Assembly (NCBI GenBank): GCA_013239625.1
Contig: MU053376.1
Location: 1,908,507 to 1,972,506, forward strand
DNA from: Lama guanicoe
Lineage: Eukaryota
Direction of reading: 5' to 3'
Length of the DNA stretch: 64,000 nucleotides
The notes under the pieces are model-generated. The model saw nothing but the letters and a program-made list of their open reading frames with translations, did no database searches and had not been told where the DNA came from. The first letter of the stretch is position 1, and every line of letters begins with the position of its first letter. Both the position numbers and the translations under genes were made by a program. Positions 52,761-64,000 of the stretch are shown here, piece by piece.

Positions 52761-55666
52761 TTACCAAGAGGGTACCATGGATGGATTTGCCTTTTAGAAA
52801 GATTGCTCTTAAATGTTTGGGTGTGAGAGAGATTAGAAAAGCAAGAACAGTGATAATAAAACGATCTCCATAGTTCATGTAAGAGATGGTGGGGTCCTGA
52901 ATTAAGGCAGTGGGAGGAGACATGGAGAAGAAAGATGGGAGAGACACTCCAACTGTATTTGGAATCAGAATGTGCAGGGCTTACCTTTTGTGCTATAGAC
53001 TTAAATGCTGGGGAAATTCTGAGGAATTTTCTGAGGAATAGGAAAAAAAATCACACTTTTCTCTAGATTATTTCTGTATAACCGCTGGGTTACTATTCTG
53101 AGAGCTGATGATAGAGTAGCTGACAATATTAAATATATTGTAGATCTCATTAAATGAAGCTTCACAAGGTGTTGCTTCTCCTCTTGGACAACTCTCGGAC
53201 CAAATACCTTTTGTTCAGCCCAGAGCCGTTTCTAGTCTCCAGAGCAGCTGTGCTCACCATTTGGTTATCGGATCTGGTAGAATGAGATACTGCTCTCTGC
53301 ATCTCAGAGGCTGCTTCCAATGGCCATTTCCCCAAATTTCTGCCACTTGTTAGCTTAGCTAGTATCCTCTCTTGGGTTAGAATGAGTCCTCTGTGCCCTA
53401 ACATAAAAGTCAGAGCTGTAAGCCATGGTCTTATGATTTAACAGTATCGGAGAAGCATTGCTTATCAGTTTTTCCAGAAAAGACAGAAAATATACAAGTC
53501 AGCAGAAAGAGGGTGAGGGAAGGGCAAAGGCTCAGTTCATCCCTTAAGAAGCAGCATGAGGAAGATGTTTGTTTGCTAGAGGGTAGTGAACTTTTTTAGT
53601 AAAGCTTTGCGAGGTAGCTGAAAACCATTTCAGTTTTTCATGACTGGGGGTTAATTCGGTTTGTAGAATTACATGAGAACCCAGGGATTAGCCTAAGCAT
53701 TGAAGATTGTTCTCAATCTCGGGCCAGTTGCTTACTTGATCTAGGCATTTGGGGATGGAATTGAGCTCAAGGTTCTTTTTGCTCCAAAAGCTACAGAGGA
53801 AACACCCTTCTTATCGTCTGGAGTCCTGTTTGCTGGGTTTCTGAGAATCCCCTCATGGGTTGTGAAACAATAGTCCTTTGACTGTATTTCTGTCCATGGT
53901 GATGTGAGCTGATTGAACTGGCCAGCAGATAATGGAGGGAATGGGTTATATGTCCCTGGCGGGAGGTCATGACTAAAGGGATCTGTGATTGACAAGGGGA
54001 ATTTCAGCACATACTCAAATCAGTTCCTCATACGTTGTCTGAATCCCCTGGGCCTGCCTCAGGCCTACCTTGAATTTGACTCCTGGCCCATGAGACCGAG
54101 GCTCAGTTGTGTGTCCACAAATCAGCTCAGGAAGGTGGGGAGGCCCTTTATAGGAGATAGCACAGCAAAGGAAAAGATCATCAGACGAGGAATCGGGTAA
54201 CCTGGGCAGGGACCCAGGGCTCCAGATGGTTTCTTTGTTTATTTTTCTTACTGGTTTAATTCCCCACCACCATTTTGAGATTCACATCTGGATATTGGCT
54301 GTGACCTAGAGAAGCAGCTAAGAAAGGCACATCTGAATTAAAATCGGGCTTTTAGGTAAGACAACTGAAGCTTTCAGATTTTTGCAAAATTGTGAGTGAA
54401 TGGAGTGCAGATAGGAGAGAAAGAGCAGGGGTAATTGTGACAAGCTCTCTTTTCCAGTTTTGCATGCTAGAAACAGTGCGGATGAATAAATCCTGCCTTT
54501 TTTCTTTGTTTTTTGTTTTGCTTTGCTTTGTTTTGTTTTTGCTTCTGAATATCTGTGTACTTGCCTAAGAAAATATTTCTCAACCTCTGCAAAATATTCA
54601 GGGTTAATTAGATATTGTAAGAGTATGTCACAAACCTAGTGCCCTCTTTATGCCTGCGGTTTACGCAAAAGGTTGACACACCCTGGCTTGGAGCCCCTGA
54701 CCCCATCTCCTCAACTTGCTGGTTTAAACCCTACATATTTTGCTTCCAAGCCCTAATGCCACGAAGAATGCGGAACTGATGAGTCCACCCCATCTACGAG
54801 CTAGGACATCTTGATTAAATTAGTGTCAAGGCGGGTGGAAAGAAAGGCATAGTGACACAAAGGGCGTTTTGAAGAGCCCTGTAGCGCCTGTGGAGAATGA
54901 ATGTTCTTGTTAAATATGGCCATGACCTGCAGCTCTACGCATGCCAGAGACACAGCTCAATTGTCCCCAGGAGTCGGGGGTGGGGATGATCATGGGGAGA
55001 GGCCAGCCTGCAGCCACACTCCTCGCCTCCAAGCTGAGAGGACAGCCTGGCATAGAGAGGCAGGAATGCAGGAAGGCCTGTTGTTGCTTCTTTTTGCTTG
55101 AACTTCAGCAGTTGATTCTTTGATCATGCTCCTTGTTTTGGGAATGGATCAAAAAGTGGTTTCTTTTCCCCTGGGTATTTAAACCTTCCCTCTGCTCCTC
55201 TCTTCTCCTCTGGGTACTAAGGGGGCTCCTGAAAGCACCCATTGTCTTAAGCCTCTTTCCATTCCCTTCCTTGGGGCTCCGCAAGAAGATTGCTGCCTGA
55301 ACTCTGTAGAGCACTGCTCCTAAGACAGTGCTCGCCCTTGTCATTTACTACCGTCCTCATCCTGAAGTCCCAAGACCAAAGCCAGGAACAGATGGGCCGG
55401 TCAGGGCTGCCCTAGAGCCACAGCATGCATCAGTGGGAAAGCAGTAATTGGTAACCCCTTGGCTCGGTTCCATTTGCACTGTGGCCAGAGTGCTTCATGA
55501 GACATGCATTTTTGCCATTTGCCCTTTAAACAGCTAGCCATCCAAATACAGCAAATGGATTTAAAGCTGATCAAGTTTTCCCTCCTTCTAACCAGAATAT
55601 CCTAGCAGCTTATTTTTACAGCTCTACATATATGATTCTCCTTTGAACAGACAGAATCGTAACCTT

Positions 55667-55670
<4 letters not shown>

Positions 55671-55702
<32 letters not shown>
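55671..55702. repeat. (TG)16 microsatellite
   Basis: Perfect dinucleotide run read directly from the sequence. Confidence 0.95.
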
Positions 55703-55705
<3 letters not shown>

Positions 55706-56389
55706 CTGTGAATTTAAAAACTGATGCATCGAGGATATTCTTTTGTACTCTCCCTTTCTTGCTATAAAAGTTTATGTCCTTTCATCCTCTCATTTTCATG
55801 TAATAAATAATTATTGAGTGCTTGCTGTATGCAAGGCATTGTACAAGATGAGGAAAATACAGATCTGACAAAAGAGCATTGAATAGGAGTTTGTGAGTTC
55901 AGAGTCTAACTCTACCCTTTCATAGCTGTTCCCATGGACAAATTCCTTACCCTCTCCAAGCTTTAGTGTCTATAAAACGAAGATAACAGTAACTACCTCA
56001 TAGAGTTATTACAAAGATTAAAAAAGGTTATGCCTATAGATGGTTAGCTGACACTAAGCCCTAGGTAAATGTAAGCTACAGTTAACTGTTTTTATTAATT
56101 ATCAATTGCAAGATATAATCCAGATCCTTCAGAAGATAATGCTACAGTGAAAGAGGAGATACGTGCATAAATAGCTCTAATCAAGGCATTGTAGATGTGA
56201 TAAGTACCCTGTATATGGCACAGGTACTGATTGCTAGAGAGTATGGGACAGGCAGTGAAGGAAGAGCTCATATCCAGCTTGGTTGTTCAAGGAAGATCTG
56301 TGAGCCAGTGGGGACTAGCAAAGACCCTGTTTCTGCATTTGTGATAGATTTCACTGATCAATCATAGAACTCTTCTGTTTTCCGGTTTT

Positions 56390-57630
56390 CAAATTTTGAA
56401 ATATAAATATAGAAAAGTATGTAAAATGCATGTGTATAATAGATATGGAAAAGCACATAAAATATATGTGAGTAATACATGTGTATGATAAACTATAAAG
56501 CAAACAACCAAAGTAACTTAACCACACAGGTCAATCCATAGAACTTTATCAGCACCTCAAAAGTCACTGCTCCACCCCTCCCCAGTCCCAGCTCCCCACT
56601 ATCCTAATTTTGTGATAATTATTTTCCTGCTTTTCTTAAATTATATCCTGTAGGTATTCCCCTCTAAACAGCATAGTTTAATTTTGCCTGTTTCTGAACT
56701 TTTATAAAAGTGGAATCACACTGTATGCATCCTGGTGCGTCTTGCTTGTCTTGTTTGCCATGGTTTGTGAGGTTCATCCATGCTGTTGCTATAGCTGGAC
56801 CTTGTTTATTTTCATCTCTGTAGGTTTGCATTTATGAATTCACCACAATTTACTTACCCATTTTGTTATCCATGGGCATTTAGGTTGTTTTCAGTTGGGG
56901 ACTAATGCAAACTATACCCTGGTGAACATTCTTGTGTGTGCATAGTGGAGTATGTATGCTCAGATTTCTAGGGTCTCTACCTAGTAGTGGAATTGCTGGT
57001 TTAAAAAATAGGGGTGTCTTGTTTTATAAGGCTATTTCCCAAAGTAATTGTTAGTAATTTGCCCCTCCACCAGCAATGTATGAGAGTTTCATTTTTGTAC
57101 ATCCTTGCCAACGTTCAGTATGGTCTGATTTTTAATTTCAGCTGTTTTAATTTTAGCTATTGCAACAGTCTGCTTGCTTATGAGTTTGAGGGCTTTTTCT
57201 TATTTTTATTGACCATTTAGACTTATTCTTTCGTACAGTGCCTATTCTGAATATTAACCCATTTATTGGTTTTATTAGTAAACATATATTCTCCTACAAT
57301 GTGTCTTGTCTTTTTTTTCTTTTTGAATTTTCTGTTGGTTAGTAAAAGTTCGTCATTGTAATGTAGTTGCGTCCGTTTTTCTTTAAGGATAGTGCTTGTT
57401 CTGTCATGTTTAAGAAAACCTTTCCTACCCTAAGGTCTTGAAGATATTCCATTGGATTATCTTCTAAAAGTCTTATAGTTTTGTCTTTCACATTATGGTT
57501 TTAAACCATCTCCATGAAATAAACTTTTATATGTAATGTGAGGTAAGGCATAATTTAATTTTTGGAAAAGTAGATATGCAGTTTCCATATCGCCTTTGAT
57601 GGAAAATTATATCCCCACCCATTTACTCAC
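56390..57630 (-). mobile_element. Old L1 (L1ME-like) 3' region
   Basis: ttttgcctgtttctgaacttttataaaagtggaatcacactgtatg...ctccaccagcaatgtatgagagtt...ttcctaccctaaggtc. Confidence 0.75.
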
Positions 57631-59493
57631 TTTTTTTTTTTGAAGAATATATTTTGAAGATTTATCCTGTGCAAGATGCAGTAAATGCGTTATATACAAT
57701 AAGTAGACAGGTAAAATTTAAGCCGAGTTTTTAGTGAATGAAAATGATTTCATAATTAGAGGTGGAAAAGTGAGGAGTTTGTGAATGTGGAGGGGGAGTT
57801 GGAGTAGAAGGACATTCCATGTGGCAAGAACAGATTTCAGGACAAAAGAGAGCATAGGAATGTGTGAGGACCCTTTAGAAGGTGATGAGCGGAATAGTTT
57901 GGCTAAATCAGAGTATTTCTGAGGATAGTACTTGAAACAAAGGAAAAGAGCCCTGAATGCCAGACCAAGGAGTTTGAACTTGATTCTGAGAGCTCTTGGA
58001 GATCAAGGAAGATTTATTCTTAGGAAGATGATATAATAGAGCTGCTGTTTCCAAAAGACTGGGCGTCTAATCCAGGGACAGGGTAATAGGGCCGGCAGTG
58101 TGGTGGCAGTGTTACATGTATCATGAAGGAAAAATCAGCAGCCTGTGGCCACTTATTGAAGAAAAAATTAGAAGTCAGTGATTACTTTTTTCTGTTTTTA
58201 TGCCTAGTGCCACTTGAGAAAGGCCAGTGTGTTGTTAAGGAATTCGGGATAGCTGGTGGAGCTGACATTTTTACGTATGTCCCAGGAACTAGGTGGCCAA
58301 ACCTTCTTTAGGCCCCAAATGGCCCCATGGAAGACGTCTATATGTGCTCATTTTTAGAGCTTTGTAGGGAGTTCCGCCATTTGGTGGACTTTGGGCTACC
58401 AGGGAATGCCTGAGATTTAAATCTGGATTCTTAATCACTATAGCTAATTTCAAATATGCCCTTCATATAAGGTAGATTCAGCCCCTTCCTATCCTCTGAT
58501 GGACTGTGGTTTTTGAAAAACCTCTGAGGAAATAATGAAGAACCATATTTAAAACCTCAGGCTTGCTTCTCTCTTATTTTACTGGAATATTTTGGTTACC
58601 ATATCCTGGGAAGCGAACAACTATAAAACATAAATGCGGTAAGCCTTCACTTTGACCCATATCCATTCATTCTCTCATCCAAAACGTACTTATTTGGTAT
58701 CCAACATTGCACTGGACCTGATGAGGGCTACATGTGAACGTAAGAAATAATGTCTATCTTCAAAGTTTAAACTTTGAGTTTTGCTACTAGAAATGGCAGT
58801 TTTGGTAATTCAGACCAACACGTCTGCTACTTTGGAACTGCTTTTGCCTAAGAGGTATCTGCTATTCTAGAAAAGAGGCTGAGCGGAACTTTTAATAGCC
58901 TTACAGTGCTAACAGGACAAAAATTGGAATTCAAGGCAGAGGAAGGGGAGTCTTGGTAAACTTCCCCAGGCTTTGGGACCCCACAGAGATACAATTTAGA
59001 AGTAAAGGCAAACCAGAAATAGACTTCAGCAGTCTCACAGAGACTGAAACCTAGCTTCAAATTCTCTTAATCTCTAAATGGATTAAGTTGATCTAGGATA
59101 TCTAGTGGCTATAAGCAAATTTAAATCCTCTCTAGAGGAAGATACTGTCATCCTAGACCTACTATCTCTCATTGGTTTGCATATGCAATGCTGGTTAGAA
59201 AAACCGCATACCTAGAGGAGAGCCATATACTGGTTATCAGACAAACTTTACATTAACTATATTTAATATGTTTATGAAATCAAGTAATAACAAAAAACTG
59301 GAAATTATAAAAAGAATCAAACAATTCAAGATGTGTCGAAGATATTAATGTAAGAGCTAAAACTTCTAGAAGAAAACATAGGCATAAATCTTTGTGACCT
59401 GGGATTAAATAGTGGTTTTTTAGATATGGCACCAAAGACAAGCAACAAAAGGAAAAAGTACATAAATTGAAGTTCATAAAATTATAAACTTCT

Positions 59494-59640
59494 AGGAGGA
59501 AAGCATAGTTCAGTGGTAGAGAGCATGGCCAGCATGCACAAGGTCCTGGGTTCAATCCCCAGTACCTCCACTGAAATAAGATAAATAAATAAACTTAATT
59601 ACCTCTCCCCACCACCAAAAAAAAATATATGCATATATAT
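59494..59640 (+). mobile_element. vic-1-type SINE nested in L1
   Basis: tagttcagtggtagag...ggttcaatccccagtacctcc head with an A-rich tail, flanked by a taaacttct duplication. Confidence 0.85.
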
Positions 59641-62405
59641 GTAAACTTCTGTGCTTCAAAGGACACTATCAAAGAAATGAAAAGGCAACATATAGAATGT
59701 GAGAAAATATTTTTAAATCATAAGTCTGATAAGATCTAGTATCCAGAATATATGAAGAACTCTTACAACTCAACAACAAAGAGAGAAACAATCCAGTCTT
59801 TAAAAAGGAAAAAGGTTTGCATAGACATGTCTCCAGAGCAGGTATACAAATGGTGAACAAACACATGAAAAGATGATCAACATTGTTAGATATTAGGGAA
59901 CTGCAGACGNNNNNNNNNNNNNNNNNNNNNNNNNNNNNNNNNNNNNNNNNNNNNNNNNNNNNNNNNNNNNNNNNNNNNNNNNNNNNNNNNNNNNNNNNNN
60001 NNNNNNNNNNNNNNNNNNNNNNNNNNNNNNNNNNNNNNNNNNNNNNNNNNNNNNNNGAAAAATAGTTTGTCAGTTCATCAGAAATTTAAGCATTGAGGTA
60101 CTCTATGACCAAGCAATTCCACTCTTAAATGTATACCCAAGGTATCTGAAAACATGCCCATACAAATATTTGTACATGCATATTCATAACAGTATTTTTC
60201 AGAATAACCATAAAGTGGAAACAATCCAAATTTTCATCAACTGATTAATGGATAAATAAAATGTGACTACCCATACAATGAAATAGCCATAAAAAGGAAG
60301 GCAGTGCTGATTATGCTACAACATAGATGAACCTTAAAAACACATATTGTATGATTCCATTTATAGGAAATATCCCGAATGGGCAAATCCATAGAGACGG
60401 GAAGTAGATTAATAGTTGCCAGGAGTTGGAGGAAGGAGTCGAGGGAGATAGTGACTACCAACAGGTGTGAGGCTTCTTTTTTTGTGTGATGAAATGTTCT
60501 GGAATTAAATAATGGTGATTGTTGCACAACCTTGTGAATATACTAAAACCACTGAATCATAGAAACAAACATACAAAAAATTAAACATTAAAAAACCCCA
60601 CCGAATCATATACTTTAAAATGATGAATTGTGTAGTATCTGAGTTTTATCTCAATGTTAAAGAGAGTCAAACAGTAATTTTAGTACAAAAAATACAGTAA
60701 CTAAAATAAAGAGCTCAATGTGGATTAAATAGCTGATTAGACAAAGCTGAAAAAAGACTTAATGAATTGGAAGGTAGGTCAAAAAAATACATACTGAAGT
60801 GTAGAGAGAAAGAAGAATTTAAAATACCAAAAAAAGAGCGCAGAAGATTTGTGGGATATGATGCCTATATGCATCCATTGGAAGTCCCAGAAGAAGAGAT
60901 CAGAGAGAATGGGGTAGATGCAGTATTTAAAGAGATAATAGCTCTGAGTTGTCCCAAACCAAGAAAAGACATCAAGTCACAGACTGAAGGATTATAAACC
61001 TCAAGCAGGATAAATACAAAGAAAATTACATGTAGGCATATTATATTGCTGAAAACATGACAGAGAGAAATCTTAAAAACAACTGAAGGGAAAAAAAAAA
61101 GGACAGCTTACCTTCAAAGTAGCAACAGCAATGTTGACAGCTGACTTCTCAATAGAAACAATAGAAGACAAGAGACAATGGAATGAAATGCTGAAAGAAA
61201 TAGCCCTCAAAAATGAAGATGAACTAGAAACTGTCAGACAAGAAAAATCTAACAGAACTTATCACCAGCAGAACTTGTACCAAAAGAAATACTGAATGGT
61301 GTTCTTTAGGCAGAAATAAAATGATCCCAGATAGAAACTTGGAGGTACAAGAAAGAATGGGAAGAAACAAAAAAGCGTGTATGTGTACATCTAAATGAAT
61401 ATCGACTTAAAGAAAATAATCTCCTATTTTAACATATATAAAATTAATGTAAATGGCAACAATAGACTCTATGTCTAGGCAGAGATAGGGAAATAGGTTT
61501 AAAGTTATTGTCTAGGAAGTGGTAAGAGTCTAACTTTAATTAGACTTTGGCAAGTCAAGGATATATGTTGTAATTTAGGGTTAACACTAAAGAAATTGTA
61601 TCTTTACCAATCTAGGAAAGGGGTAAACTTGATAAGTAAACAATAGCCCAAAAGATGGTAAGAAAGATTCTGGTAAAGGCAAAAGTATAGGCATACAGAA
61701 CACAGCAATGGCTTCCAGGAGTTAAGGGTAGAGGAGTTTGGCAATAAAGGGACAGCATGAGTGAGTTTTTTGATGGATGATAGAACTGTTCTATACTTTA
61801 ATTGTGGCGGTAGTTATGCACTTTGTACATTGGTCAAAACATATATAATAAACCAAAAAGAGTGACTTTTACTGAATTTTTTTAAATGGAAGGAAAAAAG
61901 ATAAAAAATGAGAAAAAAGACTATGGAGATGGGAAGAACAAACAGCATATAACTGGTTGATGGATTTAAACTTAAATGTATCAGTAATTACAGTAAGTGT
62001 AAATAAACTCATGCAGAATTAAGAAAATGTATTAAATAAAACTGAAGCATTTGTTGCTTAAAAGAGAAAAATTGCATGTTAAATATAAGGATATTGAAAG
62101 GGTTAAAGCAAAATGATGGGAAAAGATAGCTCTGATAAAATCAGAACAGATAGATTTTAACACAAAAAGTATTATTAGAGACAGAGAAGGACATTCCATA
62201 ATAATTAAGGATTCAAGTTACCAGGAAGAAGTATATACTTCATAATGCAACCTTAAAATATATAAATAAAAAATGGACAGAGTTAAAATGACTAGACAAA
62301 TCATCAACTCCATTGGAGGGTTTAATACACCTGTCTTAGTGAATGATCAAACAACTAAACTAAAACAAACACCAAAAAAAAATCAGTAAAGATATGGAAG
62401 ATTTG

Positions 62406-62565
62406 GGGGGAGGGTATAGCTCAGCGGAAGAGTGCATACTTGGCATGTACGAGGTCCTGGGTGCAATCCCCAGTATCTCCATTAAAAAATAAATGAATGA
62501 ATAAACAAACAAACAAACAAACAAATAAACCTAGTTACCCCCACCCCAAGAAAAAATTTTTTAAA
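62406..62565 (+). mobile_element. vic-1-type SINE nested in old L1
   Basis: gggggagggtatagctcag head. Perfect 18-bp TSD aaagatatggaagatttg (62388-62405 / 62566-62583). Confidence 0.92.
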
Positions 62566-64000
62566 AAAGATATGGAAGATTTGAAAAACAATGAACAACC
62601 CTGGCCTAGATGACATACGAGCACTGTTCCTAACAACTGCAGGCAGACAGATGTGCTTTTTGGTGTATCTGGAAAATTTATAAAGCCTGAATTGGAGAGC
62701 TTAGGTGAGAAATCAGAGGTGGAGATTAGAAATCATCAGTTCCAACAATTCAGTGATTTTTCACTGAGGATGAGGTACAGGAGAGAGGGAAGGTGACCTC
62801 CCCCGAGGATGCAGATTTTTTAACTGTCTGTGGACTGATGGGAATGGCTGCGCATGTGGGCATAGTGTGGACGAAGGTGAAAGGGTGCAGACCACCGCTG
62901 TCACTGAAGAAAGCTGTCCAGACTCAGCTCCACCCTAGCCCCAACGGTGTGCATTCTAATTCTCTGCCAGTGAAAAACTCTACTTGTCTCCCCACGTTGC
63001 TTTATGATCCTTTCGGATCCAACTCTGGCACCTGGAGTGTCAAGAAATGCTCTCCATAACTGAACCCCTTAGAGGCTCCTTTCCTCTCTGGACAGTGGAT
63101 TCCAAGGCTGCTCCACAAGTATGAAAACTACACATCCCTCCATGAACTGACTTTGCTGCCCGGTTCCTCTTTCTTAAAGCATCTATTCAGCGATTTTCCC
63201 AGCGCCCCAGGCATTTCCTGTATGGGTGCTGCTGACTCTTTTACTTCCTACCAGGCTGCCCTCCTCGCCCTGTTCACGCTGCCAGCTTTCAGATGAGCTC
63301 TGTTAACTCCTTTCTTTCAGCCTCCTCCCAGTCATCTGGCAGCCACAGGGGCATCCTTCCCATCCCCCAGCTCCTGGAATTCCTTATTGTAGGCCAGCAC
63401 ATGCTTGTATCCACCTTGTCATTCTGGCTTTTTTTTTTTTTTCCTTCTTGCCCAGTTCCAAGCTATTGATTGTTTTCCCTCTGGAGTTCATTTTACAGCT
63501 GCTGAGAGATCTGTGCTCTCATGTTGCCTGTTTGCCTTTCTGTCCTTTGTCCCCTGTGTCTCAGTCTACCCAAGGATCCCGTGGTCATGAAGACATCGTT
63601 TCTGTGCCTTCAGTGTCCTGCCTTGGAGATAGGGTGATCCCTCATCTTCAGGATGACCTCATGAAATCCTTCGGCACTGAAGGTCAGGGCCTAGAGACAT
63701 TATTACACTGAAATTATTATCCAGAAGGGTTAAAAATAGAAATTTGCCAAGATAAGGGTGACAGTGGTGATTTAAGAAATGAAGTCTCAGACTTGATTGT
63801 TCCTTTCCTTTTATGGGCTGTTGCTTTCAGCTTATTTTCTTAATGTTAGAATAGACCATTCCAAGAGATTGGAATGAAGGGACATTCAGATAGTTATAGG
63901 GTCATATTTTAGACTGTGCCATCTGAAATCTCAGGAGAGCAGAGGGCAGCCTCTTCTTGTCTCCCTACCCCCACCCCACCCCTGCCCCAGTCCAGTGGGA

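Larger units (their letters stand above)
58850..62690 (+). mobile_element. Composite old L1 (5' region/ORF1/ORF2 start) with nested younger L1 and SINEs
   Basis: The ORF at 60767 contains LEVPEEEIRENG..VFKEIIA (L1 ORF1-like). ORF2 endonuclease-region-like sequence lies at about 61950-62680. A nested L1MB-like 3' piece spans about 59327-60660. Confidence 0.8.
33264..64000 (+). other. SRGAP2: SRGAP2 intron following coding exon 3 (continues beyond window)
   Basis: GT donor at 33264. The next expected exon (SKEVGQQLQDDLMKVLNELYS) was not found intact in the window. Confidence 0.75.

Noticed and set aside
60767-60997. ORF with L1 ORF1-like residues (also 42483-42734 on the minus strand)
   Set aside because: Decayed L1 ORF1 fragments with stops and frameshifts, not functional genes.
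62406-62480. tRNA-like sequences (A and B boxes) here and at other sites
   Set aside because: They are SINE heads with A-rich tails and TSDs, not tRNA genes.
1-64000. CRISPR array, operon or other prokaryote-type system
   Set aside because: The sequence is CpG-depleted mammalian intron; no regularly spaced direct repeats or gene clusters were seen.

Overview
Mammalian genomic DNA, very probably from a camelid (alpaca, llama or camel), inferred from six copies of the tRNA-derived vic-1-type SINE. The whole window lies inside the SRGAP2 gene (SLIT-ROBO Rho GTPase-activating protein 2) on the + strand. It contains the second coding exon (5577-5769, 193 nt, F-BAR domain) and the third coding exon, of which only the 3' end is visible (33221-33263); the rest is hidden in an N-run and its start is predicted near 33101. 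The first and fourth coding exons were not found and probably lie outside the window. The remainder is intron dense in transposable-element relics (L1, L2, MIR, vic-1 SINE, MER5/hAT-Charlie, MADE2, MLT1), with a few repeat-free stretches that may be enhancers and eight N-runs of 132-249 nt. The ORF-track entries are not credible genes, apart from fragments overlapping the SRGAP2 exons or decayed L1 ORF1. I see no new multi-gene system. The most notable observations are a SINE whose target-site duplication (TSD) copies the SRGAP2 exon splice donor, an unidentified 94-nt retroposed insert with TSDs inside an L1, and evidence that at least some N-runs are length-accurate. Repeat subfamily names and boundaries come from recognition by eye and are approximate.
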